From: Candidatus Dormiibacterota bacterium
GTDB lineage: Bacteria; Chloroflexota; Dormibacteria; CF-121
Length of the DNA: 64,000 nt
Assembly: GCA_036390825.1 (NCBI GenBank)
Contig: DASWBA010000183.1
Coordinates: forward strand, 29,102-93,101
Direction of reading: 5' to 3'
Shown: piece after piece, positions 1 to 9,354 of the stretch
How positions within the stretch are numbered: the first letter of the stretch is position 1
Layout of the letters: every line of letters begins with the position of its first letter
The notes under the pieces: generated by a model
The model's input: only the letters and a program-made list of their open reading frames with translations
What the model was told of the DNA's origin: nothing
Database searches by the model: none
Translations under genes and position numbers: made by a program

Positions 1-1
1 G

Positions 2-523
2 CGAATGCTTCGTGATTGGGGTGCAGAGGAAAAATTCCTGCATGTTGTCAAAGGCTTCAATTTCCGCCTCGACGAGATCCAGGCGGCGATCCTGCGGGTC
101 AAGCTGAAGAGGCTGGGGACCTGGACTGAGCTGCGACGCCGCCTCGCCCGCGAGTATTCGAGTCTCCTCTCAGCGACCGCGGTCCGCTTGCCAGTCGAGG
201 CGCGTGACGTTCGCCACGTCTATCACCTCTATTCGATCCGGACCCCGGCGCGCGACCGGGTCCGCTCGGAACTGCACGCAGTCGGTATCCAGACCGGGAT
301 CCACTACCCAATCCCGGTTCATCTCCAGCCTGCTTACGCGAACCTGGGCTACAGCCAGGGCGACTTCCCGGTTTCCGAGCAGGCGGCGGACGAGGTCCTT
401 TCGTTGCCCCTGTATCCGGAGCTGACCCCAGGAGCGGCCGAGCGGGTCGCCCGAGCGGTGGCCCGGTCGGCTGGAGTGATCCCCCGCCCGTCCCCAAGCC
501 AGGCCATGCGGTGGTCCGCGTGA
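2..523 (+). CDS. DegT/DnrJ/EryC1/StrS-family PLP sugar aminotransferase, C-terminal part only (5' end outside window)
   Basis: Frame is open to the window edge. C-terminal-domain motifs of the family are present ([32 protein letters not shown]). Confidence 0.8.
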   Translation, partial: RMLRDWGAEEKFLHVVKGFNFRLDEIQAAILRVKLKRLGTWTELRRRLAREYSSLLSATAVRLPVEARDVRHVYHLYSIRTPARDRVRSELHAVGIQTGIHYPIPVHLQPAYANLGYSQGDFPVSEQAADEVLSLPLYPELTPGAAERVARAVARSAGVIPRPSPSQAMRWSA

Positions 524-530
524 AGTCGCC

Positions 531-1862
531 GTGCATGGGCGCGAGAGCGAATTCGGGACATGGGTCCTAGACGCGAATCGCCGAGTCCGAACGCTTCGAA
601 ATAACTCCTATTCCGCTCGCGCCCGGAGGTCCATAGCCTTGCCGTCAGTGGAGGGTTCTAACCCGGGTGCACTGGAGCTGTCGCGCTCAGACCCGGACCT
701 CGTCCGGCGGGATTGGGACCAGGCGACCGCGCAGCGCGTGCAAGGCGTCCAGCCGGTTCGGGTTGGTGTGATCGGCTACGGCTACTGGGGTCCGAACCTG
801 GTGCGGAATTTCGCGGAGTACCCTGGCTCAGAGGTCGCCCAGGTCGCCGACGAGCGCGCGGACCGTCTGGCCCCTGTCGAACGCCGGTATCCAGGCGTGA
901 TCACCACCACTGACCACAGGGACCTACTGAAGGACCCGACCATCGACGCGATCGTCATCGCCACCCCAATCTCGACGCACTTCGACCTGGCCATGGAATC
1001 GCTTCAAGCCGGCAAGCACGTCCTGGTCGAGAAGACGCTCACGGCGACCTCGGCGCAGGCCATGCGATTGATCGACGAAGCCCAACGACGTCAGCGCGTG
1101 CTCATGGTGGACCACACCTTCGTGTACTCGGGGGCCGTCCAGAAGATCAAAGAGCTGGTCGACGCGGGCCGGCTCGGACGCGTCTACTACTGGGATTCCG
1201 TTCGGGTCAACCTGGGCCTGTTTCAGTCCGATGTGAACGTGTTGTGGGACCTCGCGGTCCATGACCTCTCGATCATGGACACCATCCTCCACGTCAAGCC
1301 GACGGCCGTCGCTGCCACGGGCATTTCATTCGTTCCGGGCCGGCCCATCAACACCGGCTATCTGACCTGCTTCTTCGACGGAAACCTGCTCGCGCATTTT
1401 CACGTCAACTGGCTCGCACCGGTCAAGATCCGCCGGACACTGATCGGGGGCGACGCTCAGATGATCGTCTACGACGACCTGGAGCCCAGTGAGAAGGTGA
1501 AGATCTACGACCGCGGCATCACGCTGGACACCCACTCGGATGCCGTCTACCAGCTGATGGTCGGCTACCGGGTTGGGGACATGTGGGCCCCACAGGTGAG
1601 CCTCACCGAGGCCCTGCGGGTGGAGACCCAGCATTTCGTGGAATGCATCCGGAACGGTGGGAGCCCGCTGACCGATGGCGGCTCGGGCCTCCGGGTCGTG
1701 CGCATCCTGGAAGCAGCGAGCGCTTCGCTGCATGGGGGTGGGCATCCGGTCGAGATCGACTGGGCCGGGACGAATGGCCTCGGACCAAGCCCGGGCCGGA
1801 TCGGACCCGCGCACCCGGTTGGGATACCGGCCGGATTCGACGGCGCCCGAGCCATCGAGTGA
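531..1862 (+). CDS. Gfo/Idh/MocA-family NAD(P)-dependent sugar oxidoreductase (WbpB-like partner of the aminotransferase)
   Basis: Rossmann N-terminus VRVGVIGYGYWGPNLVRNF and HVLVEKTL motif. The longest ORF starts at 531, but the first ~70 codons look non-native. An in-frame GTG at 738 gives the usual family N-terminus. Confidence 0.8.
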   Translation: MHGRESEFGTWVLDANRRVRTLRNNSYSARARRSIALPSVEGSNPGALELSRSDPDLVRRDWDQATAQRVQGVQPVRVGVIGYGYWGPNLVRNFAEYPGSEVAQVADERADRLAPVERRYPGVITTTDHRDLLKDPTIDAIVIATPISTHFDLAMESLQAGKHVLVEKTLTATSAQAMRLIDEAQRRQRVLMVDHTFVYSGAVQKIKELVDAGRLGRVYYWDSVRVNLGLFQSDVNVLWDLAVHDLSIMDTILHVKPTAVAATGISFVPGRPINTGYLTCFFDGNLLAHFHVNWLAPVKIRRTLIGGDAQMIVYDDLEPSEKVKIYDRGITLDTHSDAVYQLMVGYRVGDMWAPQVSLTEALRVETQHFVECIRNGGSPLTDGGSGLRVVRILEAASASLHGGGHPVEIDWAGTNGLGPSPGRIGPAHPVGIPAGFDGARAIE

Positions 1863-2665
1863 ACGTGGACCTGGCCGGGTTCAAGGCCGTCGCGCGCGCG
1901 TTTGGTTTCCGACGCCGGCACTTCGTGCAGGCCCGTTTGCGGTACGAGCGGGCGCTGATCCCGGCCTTGGCGCGACGCCGCGCCGCGACGCTTGGAAGGG
2001 TGCTCTGCTACCACTCGGTAGGCACTGAGGAGTGGGGCGCCAATGACGTCCCCCCACCACTCTTCAAGAGCCAGCTCGATCTGGCGCTGTCGCTCGGATA
2101 TCGTTTCGTACCGGCGGAAACGATCGCCTCCGGGCGCGGGGGTGTGCGGGACCTGGCGATCACTTTCGACGACGGGCTGATGAGCGTTCACAAGAACGCC
2201 GCTGCGATCCTGGAGCGCCTGGATATCCCGTGGAGCCTGTTCGTCGTTTGTGAGTGGGCCGGTGGCAAGCATGAGCGGCCGAATCTCTTTATGGGCTGGG
2301 AAGAGATCCGTCAGGCGGCTGTCGCCGGCGTCGCGATCGGCAGCCACTCGATGACGCATCCCGACTTCGGACGTCTGAGCAACGCCGAAGCGCGGTCGGA
2401 GCTGGAGGACTCGCGCCGAGTCATTCAGGAGCGAGTCGGCATCGCTGCGGACATGTTTGCGATTCCTTTCGGCGAGTCCCAGAACTGGCGCAGCGACTTG
2501 AGCGCCCTGGCAAGTTCGTTGGGGTATCGGACCATTTACGCACAAGCCGTTGACACCCGCACGGCGGGTACGGTGCCGCGCACATTCATCACGCGTTTTG
2601 ATGATGAGCGCGTGTTCAAGGCCGCGCTCGAAGGCGCCTTCGATGCCTGGAAGGAACCCCTGTGA
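1859..2665 (+). CDS. Polysaccharide deacetylase (NodB/CE4-like)
   Basis: ITFDDG and HSMTHPDF motifs. GTG at 1859 overlaps the upstream TGA (GTGA coupling). The ORF-track start at 1583 lies inside the previous gene. Confidence 0.75.
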   Translation: MNVDLAGFKAVARAFGFRRRHFVQARLRYERALIPALARRRAATLGRVLCYHSVGTEEWGANDVPPPLFKSQLDLALSLGYRFVPAETIASGRGGVRDLAITFDDGLMSVHKNAAAILERLDIPWSLFVVCEWAGGKHERPNLFMGWEEIRQAAVAGVAIGSHSMTHPDFGRLSNAEARSELEDSRRVIQERVGIAADMFAIPFGESQNWRSDLSALASSLGYRTIYAQAVDTRTAGTVPRTFITRFDDERVFKAALEGAFDAWKEPL

Positions 2666-3609
2666 TCTCGGAGTCAATGGTTTCAGGCGGTCAAAAGACG
2701 ATGCCGAACTTTCTCGTCATCGGGGCGGCCAAGTCTGGGACGACTGCTCTCTGCAACTACCTCGACCAGCACCCTCAGGTCTATATCAGCGATGGGAAAG
2801 AACCGAACTTCTTCATCGCGGAAGGGCGATCCGAGGTTCCTTACCGGGGTCCGGGCGATCGAGACGCCTTGCTCAGGCTCGATATGTGGGTTTCGACACG
2901 GGAGCGCTACGAGTCGCTCTTTGCAAACGCAACCGTCGAGAAGGCGATCGGCGAAGGGTCGACGTGGTACCTGTACGACGAGGATGCCCCGCGCCGGATA
3001 CAGCAGCACATTCCGGCCGTGAAGATGATCGCGATTCTGCGCAACCCGGTGGAGCGCGCCTACTCGGCCTTCACGATGCTGCTTCGCGATGGGCGTGAGA
3101 CGACAACGGATTTCATGCAAGCGCTCGCCGCTGAAGACAGGCGTGTCCGGTCGGGCTGGGAGCCGATCTGGCACTACCGGAGGATGGGCTTTTACCACCG
3201 GCAGCTTGCCCGCTACCTCTCCTTCTTCAAGGCGGAGCAGATCCGGGTCGTCCTTCAAGACGACTTCACCGCGAGCCCCAGCGAGACCCTTCGTGATCTG
3301 TTCACCTTCCTCGAGGTCGACCAGGACTTCGAGCCGGACCTGTCCGCCCGAGTCAACGTCTCGCTGGTTCCTGTCCATGCCGGTTATCACCGGCTCGTAG
3401 AGGGCCCGAGCCCGCTCAAGGGCATCGTCAAGATGCTCATGCCGCTGGAGGTGCGGCAGCGCGTCAAGGATCGGCTACCGGCCTCACACATGACCAGGCC
3501 GAAGCCGATGCCGGCGGAGGCGCGGGCGATGCTGGTCGAAGTCTTCCGGGACGATGTGATGGCGCTCCAGGAGCTGCTTCAACGCGACCTGCGGAACTGG
3601 CTTCAGTGA
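2662..3609 (+). CDS. PAPS-dependent sulfotransferase
   Basis: 5'-PSB loop FLVIGAAKSGTTAL and 3'-PB motif LRNPVERAYSAF. The GTG start overlaps the upstream stop (alternative ATG at 2701). Confidence 0.85.
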   Translation: MISESMVSGGQKTMPNFLVIGAAKSGTTALCNYLDQHPQVYISDGKEPNFFIAEGRSEVPYRGPGDRDALLRLDMWVSTRERYESLFANATVEKAIGEGSTWYLYDEDAPRRIQQHIPAVKMIAILRNPVERAYSAFTMLLRDGRETTTDFMQALAAEDRRVRSGWEPIWHYRRMGFYHRQLARYLSFFKAEQIRVVLQDDFTASPSETLRDLFTFLEVDQDFEPDLSARVNVSLVPVHAGYHRLVEGPSPLKGIVKMLMPLEVRQRVKDRLPASHMTRPKPMPAEARAMLVEVFRDDVMALQELLQRDLRNWLQ

Positions 3610-3616
3610 CCGGGTC

Positions 3617-5362
3617 ATGACAGCAGTCGCTGCGGCTCTGGCTCATCAGCTCGTGCGGCCGCATGGCGGAGTGCTTGTGGACTTGATGGCCGATCCTGGG
3701 CGAGCCGCCGAGCTCAGAGTCGAGTCAGCCGGGTGGGTCTCGTGGGATCTCACACCACGTCAGCTGTGCGACCTGGAGCTCCTGCTCGGCGGCGGCTTCT
3801 CGCCCCTCCGCGGTTTCCTCGGGAGACACGATTACGAATCTGTCGTGAGCCGGATGCGACTGACTGACGGGACTCTGTGGCCCATCCCGGTGACGCTGGA
3901 CGTCCCGGCCGACGTCGCCTCGAAGCTTGGGCTCGGCGCGAGTCTTGCGCTTCGTGATCCGGAGGGCGTGATGCTGGCTGCGCTCCACGTGAAGGACATG
4001 TGGCAGCCGGATCTTGCAGCGGAGGCGCGGGCCGTGTTCGGCACCCTGGACCCGGCCCACCCGGGGGTCGACCACCTGCTGACCGCGACGCACCCGTGGT
4101 ACGTGTCGGGCAGCCTCGAAGGCCTGCACCTTCCGACTCACCACGATTACCGAGACCTACGCCGGACGCCGGCGCAGCTGCGGTCGGAATTCACGCGGCT
4201 GGGCTGGCGCAAGGTCGTGGCCTTCCAGACGCGTAATCCACTGCATCGCGCCCATCTCGAGCTGACGCTGCGCGCCGCCAAGGACGTCGGCGCCAACCTG
4301 CTGGTGCACCCGGTCGTGGGGATGACCAAACCCGGCGATGTCGACCACTACACCCGCGTCCGCTGCTACCAGGCTGTCATGCCGGCTTACCCCGAGGGCT
4401 TGGCCATGCTGTCGCTGCTGCCTCTGGCGATGCGCATGGGCGGGCCGCGGGAAGCGCTGTGGCACGCGATCATCCGCAAGAACTACGGCGCCGGTCATCT
4501 GATCGTGGGCCGGGATCATGCCGGACCTGGAGCCGACGGCAGCGGCAAGCCGTTCTACGGGCCCTATGACGCACAGCAGTTGATTCGCCGGCATGAAGCC
4601 GAGCTCGGAGTGGCGATGGTGCCGTTCAGCCAGATGGTCTATCTCGAGGACCGAGACGAGTATCTGCCTGACACCGAGGTGCCCGATGGCGCGCGCGTCC
4701 TGTCGATCTCGGGCACCGACATGCGCCGGCGCCTCGACGAAGGCGAGGAACTGCCCGGCTGGTTTACGCCGCCCGAGGTCGCGGCTGAGCTGCGGCGGTC
4801 CTATCCATCTCGATGCAAGCAGGGCTTCGTGGTGCTTTTTACGGGCCTGTCCGGCTCGGGAAAGTCAACGATCGCCAACGTGCTGCTGGTCAAGCTGCTG
4901 GAGCTTGGTGGCCGGCCGGTGACGTTGCTCGACGGTGACATCGTGCGGAAGCACCTTTCCTCCGAGCTGGGATTCTCGAAGGAGCATCGCGATCTGAATA
5001 TTCGGCGCATCGGCTTTGTCGCTTCCGAGATCTCCAAGAACGGCGGCATCGCCCTTTGCGCTCCGATAGCGCCTTATGCAGCCGCCAGGCGCGAGGTGCG
5101 GAAGATGATCAAGGCGGGAGGAGGGTTCGTGTTGGTGCATGTCTCCACCCCGCTCGCGGTATGTGAGGCGCGCGACCGCAAAGGTCTCTACGCCAAGGCC
5201 CGCGCCGGCATTCTCAAGGAGTTCACCGGCATCTCAGACCCCTACGAAGTTCCTGACGATGCTGAGATCGTCGTCGACACATCCGGTCTGACCGCGGCCG
5301 AGGCGGCCCAGAAAGTCATCTCCTGGCTCGAGCGCGAGGGGTACTTGGGCCCTGTTGGGTAA
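3617..5362 (+). CDS. sat/cysC: Bifunctional sulfate adenylyltransferase / adenylylsulfate kinase (PAPS synthase)
   Basis: ATP-sulfurylase motifs QTRNPLHRAHLEL and GRDHAGPG. C-terminal APS-kinase P-loop FTGLSGSGKSTIA. Confidence 0.9.
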   Translation: MTAVAAALAHQLVRPHGGVLVDLMADPGRAAELRVESAGWVSWDLTPRQLCDLELLLGGGFSPLRGFLGRHDYESVVSRMRLTDGTLWPIPVTLDVPADVASKLGLGASLALRDPEGVMLAALHVKDMWQPDLAAEARAVFGTLDPAHPGVDHLLTATHPWYVSGSLEGLHLPTHHDYRDLRRTPAQLRSEFTRLGWRKVVAFQTRNPLHRAHLELTLRAAKDVGANLLVHPVVGMTKPGDVDHYTRVRCYQAVMPAYPEGLAMLSLLPLAMRMGGPREALWHAIIRKNYGAGHLIVGRDHAGPGADGSGKPFYGPYDAQQLIRRHEAELGVAMVPFSQMVYLEDRDEYLPDTEVPDGARVLSISGTDMRRRLDEGEELPGWFTPPEVAAELRRSYPSRCKQGFVVLFTGLSGSGKSTIANVLLVKLLELGGRPVTLLDGDIVRKHLSSELGFSKEHRDLNIRRIGFVASEISKNGGIALCAPIAPYAAARREVRKMIKAGGGFVLVHVSTPLAVCEARDRKGLYAKARAGILKEFTGISDPYEVPDDAEIVVDTSGLTAAEAAQKVISWLEREGYLGPVG

Positions 5363-5386
5363 CCGCAGCGAATTACGGCGCCAGGG

Positions 5387-5914
5387 ATGAGGGTCTCGGC
5401 CAAAGCGGATTACGCGCTCAGGGGCATGGCGGAGCTCGCCCTGCAGGACACGGGCCATCCGGTAAAGGCTGAGCACATCGCCGCGGCCCAGGGCATTCCG
5501 TTGAAGTTCCTCCTGGTCATCATGTCCCAGCTCAAGCACGCCAAGCTTGTCCGCAGCAGCCGGGGCTCCGACGGCGGCTACTCCCTGAGCCGCCCGGCGG
5601 TGGAGATCAGCCTGGCTGAGGTGCTGCGCGCGGTCGAAGGACCGCTGGTCGACCTGCACGACTCGCGGATTGGCGAGCTCGAGCACAGAGGAGCAGCAGA
5701 GCCACTCATCGAGGTCTGGATGGCAGTTCGGACCAACGTGCGCGCCGTCCTCGAATCCGTCACCGTCTGGGACGTCGCCTCGGGCCGGCTGCCGGCCGAG
5801 GTAAGAGGGCTCGCCGGGCGGTATCGACAGGCGCCGGTTTCCCAATCGCGAGGCGCCTCGTTCCCTGCACCGCACAGGGTGTCCCACCCGGCTCCCAGGG
5901 CTAACGTCCCATAG
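5387..5914 (+). CDS. Rrf2-family transcriptional regulator without any cysteine (CymR-like, cluster-less)
   Basis: N-terminus MRVSAKADYALRGMAELA and wHTH segment typical of Rrf2. The translation contains no Cys residues. Confidence 0.85.
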   Translation: MRVSAKADYALRGMAELALQDTGHPVKAEHIAAAQGIPLKFLLVIMSQLKHAKLVRSSRGSDGGYSLSRPAVEISLAEVLRAVEGPLVDLHDSRIGELEHRGAAEPLIEVWMAVRTNVRAVLESVTVWDVASGRLPAEVRGLAGRYRQAPVSQSRGASFPAPHRVSHPAPRANVP

Positions 5915-6001
5915 ACGATCCCGCGGCTCAACTCCATCATTTCGACAGAATCGGTTGAGATAGCCGCTGGGGGGCGGCCTAGAGAGGGGACTCGACGCAT
6001 A

Positions 6002-6910
6002 ATGCAACTCGACTACGAGCTCGCGATCGTGGGCCTGGTCGTGGGCTTTGTGGTCGGGATCACGGGAATGGGCGGCGGGGCCTTGATGACCCCGATTCTG
6101 GTGATCCTCTTCAAGGTGCAGCCGCTGGCGGCTGTCTCATCCGATCTCGTCGCATCGTTCTTCATGAAGCCGTTGGGTGCGGCCGTGCACTACCGCCGGG
6201 GGACCGTGCACCGCGAGCTGGTCCTGTGGTTGATGGTCGGCTCGGTGCCATCGGCCTTTGCCGGCGTCGTGCTGCTGCGACTCCTGGGCCACGGCCACGA
6301 GATCCAGCAGGTGGTCCAGACCGCCCTGGGGGTGGCGCTGATCCTGGCCGCGGCCGCCATCGTAGTCAAGGCGGTCCTGCAGCTTCGCACCCCTGTGCAT
6401 GGTGCCGGCGTCGATGCAGGCCACGCCGGCGAACCCGTGCGCCGGCTGCCGACGATCCTCGTCGGAGTCGTCGGCGGCCTGGTGGTGGGGATGACATCGG
6501 TCGGGTCGGGCAGCCTGATGATCGTGGCGCTGATGCTCCTGTACCCCCGCTTGACGGCTGCTCGACTGGTGGGGACGGACTTGACGCAGGCGATACCGCT
6601 CGTAGGTTCGGCTGCCATCGGACATGTCCTTTTCGGTGATTTCCGGCTGAGCCTCACAGTTTCGCTCCTCCTGGGCGCGATACCCGGGGTTTACCTCGGG
6701 GCGCGGGCTTCAGCCCAGGCGCCCTCAGGGATCGTCAAGCGTGCGATCGCGTTCGTTCTCCTGGCGTCCGGCCTGAAGCTGATCAACATCGGTACCGTCC
6801 AGCTTGGAGTCCTGCTGCTCGCGGTCGCGATCGCCGGAGAGCCGGTATGGGCCTTGATCCGCCGCACGAGCTCTCGGCCGGCCCCACCGGTGGTTGTCCC
6901 CGAAGCTTAG
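6002..6910 (+). CDS. TauE/SafE (DUF81) family sulfite/organosulfonate exporter-like membrane protein
   Basis: Polytopic membrane protein with a duplicated G-rich helix motif (ITGMGGGALMTPILV; MTSVGSGSLMIVAL). Confidence 0.75.
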   Translation: MQLDYELAIVGLVVGFVVGITGMGGGALMTPILVILFKVQPLAAVSSDLVASFFMKPLGAAVHYRRGTVHRELVLWLMVGSVPSAFAGVVLLRLLGHGHEIQQVVQTALGVALILAAAAIVVKAVLQLRTPVHGAGVDAGHAGEPVRRLPTILVGVVGGLVVGMTSVGSGSLMIVALMLLYPRLTAARLVGTDLTQAIPLVGSAAIGHVLFGDFRLSLTVSLLLGAIPGVYLGARASAQAPSGIVKRAIAFVLLASGLKLINIGTVQLGVLLLAVAIAGEPVWALIRRTSSRPAPPVVVPEA

Positions 6911-7208
6911 GGCCGGCAGTGGTAACGCCGGCCGGCGGCCCGGTTGGCCGGCGCCGGGGCCAGCGTCGCATGCGGGGAAACCATGGCCCTCTCCGGGACA
7001 ACCGGCCCGCGGGGGCCCGGGAATCATCGGCCTGGCGTCGCCCAAGTCCCATTCAACTGGCAAGCAGGTCGTTTTACGCTCATCCCGCAACATGAACCCC
7101 GGCGCAGGCAGGCTTCGGAACGGACTGCATCCCGATCCGCTCGAGGCCGGCCTTCCAGATGAGAGCTCATGGCCTCCCCGCCAGCGCCATGCGGCAGCCA
7201 GCGACGCC

Positions 7209-8087
7209 ATGGTCCATTTTCGCGCGGCTCTGACACTGGCGCCCGACCAGGGGATTCGCGAGTCGATTCTCGATGACCTGAGCACCTACTTCGGCTTGCC
7301 GGCCGAGGAGTGCGTTCGGCGGTGCCGTGAGTGGGAGCAGTGGAGCGTCCGCGAGTGGTCCGCCCGGCCCCGCCAGACGGCCGCGGATCTGCGCGACTTT
7401 TACCTGACCACTGCATCGTGGTGCTTCGACCTCCTGTGGTACGCCTATCTGCAGGCGGAGGGCTACGCGTACCCGGTCAGCGTGGCAGCTGCAGCCTGGC
7501 TGCCAGAATCTGAGCGGGCCGGCAGTCACCTCGATTTCGGCTCTGGCGCGGGGGTCACGGCGCAGCTGTTCCAACGCCTGGGTTACGAAACCGACCTGGC
7601 CGACGTGTCGACGTCGCTGCTTCAATTCGCTCATTGGAGGCTTGAACGAAGGGGCGTCCGAGCGCGTTATATCGACCTCAATGTCTCGCGGCTACCAGGC
7701 CACGCATACGACGTGGTCACGGCGATCGACACCCTCGTCCACGTACCCGACGTGTCTCATACCGTCAGGGAGCTGCATCGGGCCCTCAAGCCGGCCGGGA
7801 TCCTGTTCGCCAACTTCGACGTCCGGCCGCCGACACCCGAGAACGCATGGCATCTGTACTCGGACGATCTGCCGTTGCGTTGGGTGCTCCAGCGCACCGG
7901 TTTCGAGCCGATCACCAGCCTGGACGGAATGATCACCGCCTACCGCAAAGTCGACCCATCGGGAGTCGCGCACCAGCTGCGGGGCGTTCGCGATCTGGTC
8001 GCGCTGCGCAGTCCATTACGGCCCGCATACAGGTTCTTGCAGGGCGAGTCCGGCCGGCTTCGCGAAAATGCTGAACGCAGGCGCTAA
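7209..8087 (+). CDS. Class I SAM-dependent methyltransferase
   Basis: Motif I HLDFGSGAGVTAQ and post-I acidic residue, DVVTAIDTLVHV, LKPAGILF. The ORF is open from 6894, but the upstream 105 codons are Pro/Gly/Arg low-complexity. ATG at 7209 (or 7092) is more plausible. Confidence 0.7.
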   Translation: MVHFRAALTLAPDQGIRESILDDLSTYFGLPAEECVRRCREWEQWSVREWSARPRQTAADLRDFYLTTASWCFDLLWYAYLQAEGYAYPVSVAAAAWLPESERAGSHLDFGSGAGVTAQLFQRLGYETDLADVSTSLLQFAHWRLERRGVRARYIDLNVSRLPGHAYDVVTAIDTLVHVPDVSHTVRELHRALKPAGILFANFDVRPPTPENAWHLYSDDLPLRWVLQRTGFEPITSLDGMITAYRKVDPSGVAHQLRGVRDLVALRSPLRPAYRFLQGESGRLRENAERRR

Positions 8088-9354
8088 GTCCAGGCCCGGT
8101 CATGTCACCGGTGGGCCGGCCGCCGGGTACACGCGTACCTTGCTGATCCTCCAATCATCGACCGCGGGAGGGATGGAAAGCCACTGCATTGAGCTGGCTG
8201 CCGAGCTGGGTCGCCGTGGCGCCACCGTAATGGCTGCGATGCCCGAGGAGGCCGCACTCGATGCTGTGGCTGCGGCCTTGTGGCGGAGCGGAGCCATTGT
8301 CGAGCGCATCGACACCGATGCCCGCAGAGGGCGCCTGGCTCAACTCTTTGGAATCGGGCGACTTGCCCGAAGCGCCCGTCGTTTCGGGCCCGACGTGGTT
8401 CACGTGCATGTCGGCGGGGCAACCGGGGGGCTCGCCGCCGTCCTGATCGCGCGCCTGGCGACCCGAGCGGTGGTCGTGGTTACTGAGCATGACGTGCCGT
8501 CCGCCAGCCCAAGCCTCAAGCAGCGCATCAACAGACGCTTGATGGACCGAGCGCTGCACGTGCTGGTGGCGGTGTCAAGGCACAATGCCCACCTTCGTCT
8601 TCAGCGCCTCGGGGCGCCGGCCGGCAAGCTGGCTGTCGTGCTCAACGGGGCGCCTCTGCCGGCCATCTCGCCCGCGGCTTGCGCCGCCAACCGAGCACGG
8701 ACGCGCTCTGAGCTAGGTCTCCCCCAAGACACGACGGTGATCGGGAGCGTTGTCCGGCTCGCGCCTGGAAAAGGCCTGCCCACGCTGCTGAAGGCATTCG
8801 CCATCGTGCAGAAGCGCCTGGACGCTCGTCTCCTCCTGGTGGGTGGCGGTCCGCTCGAGCCCGACGTTCACAACATGGCGTCGGCCCTGGGGATCCAGGA
8901 CAAGGTGGTCACGGCCGGTCACCAACCCGACCCAGGGCTGTTCGTGGATGCCATGGACGTTTTCGTGCTCGCCGTTCCGGTCGGTTCGGGTTCGATCGCT
9001 CTCCTCGAGGCCATGGCTCGCGGCAAACCTGCGGTCATAACTTTCGGGAACGGTGAGGAGGCCGTCGTCCACGAGAAGACCGGAATCTGGGCGCCTCCTG
9101 AGGATCCCGACGCATTGGCGGCGGCGCTGTTCGGGCTGAGCTCAGACCCCGACCTGAGAGAGCGGCTCGGGCTTGCGGCGGCGCATCACGTGCATCAGCA
9201 CTATTCGATCGAACGTTTCGTCGACGACCTCGTTGATGTCTACGTCAGCGCGGCGAGCGGTGTGATCCCCGCCGGCCTGCGGGCCGCTGATCCCAGCGAC
9301 CGGCAGCCTGGCGCGCGGCGGACCTTCAGGCCGGAGGCCCGACCCCTTCGATAA
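8068..9354 (+). CDS. Glycosyltransferase family 4 (GT-B)
   Basis: GGMESHCIELAAELGRRG N-terminal motif and C-terminal E-x7-E region SIALLEAMARGKPAVI...VVHEKTG. The true start may be TTG at 8140. Confidence 0.8.
   Translation: MLNAGAKSRPGHVTGGPAAGYTRTLLILQSSTAGGMESHCIELAAELGRRGATVMAAMPEEAALDAVAAALWRSGAIVERIDTDARRGRLAQLFGIGRLARSARRFGPDVVHVHVGGATGGLAAVLIARLATRAVVVVTEHDVPSASPSLKQRINRRLMDRALHVLVAVSRHNAHLRLQRLGAPAGKLAVVLNGAPLPAISPAACAANRARTRSELGLPQDTTVIGSVVRLAPGKGLPTLLKAFAIVQKRLDARLLLVGGGPLEPDVHNMASALGIQDKVVTAGHQPDPGLFVDAMDVFVLAVPVGSGSIALLEAMARGKPAVITFGNGEEAVVHEKTGIWAPPEDPDALAAALFGLSSDPDLRERLGLAAAHHVHQHYSIERFVDDLVDVYVSAASGVIPAGLRAADPSDRQPGARRTFRPEARPLR

Noticed and set aside
5927-5959. An inverted repeat CTCAAC-N21-GTTGAG between the Rrf2 gene and the TauE gene, as a possible Rrf2 operator.
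   Set aside because: The arms are only 6 bp with a long spacer, so a chance occurrence is plausible. It is mentioned only as a place to test Rrf2 binding.
6894-7208. A 105-codon N-terminal extension of the methyltransferase ORF, and other ORFs in the 6.9-7.2 kb gap.
   Set aside because: The extension is Pro/Gly/Arg/Ser low-complexity with no motif, and the conserved methyltransferase core begins well after ATG 7209. I cannot exclude a real N-terminal extension or a regulatory leader of ~300 nt.
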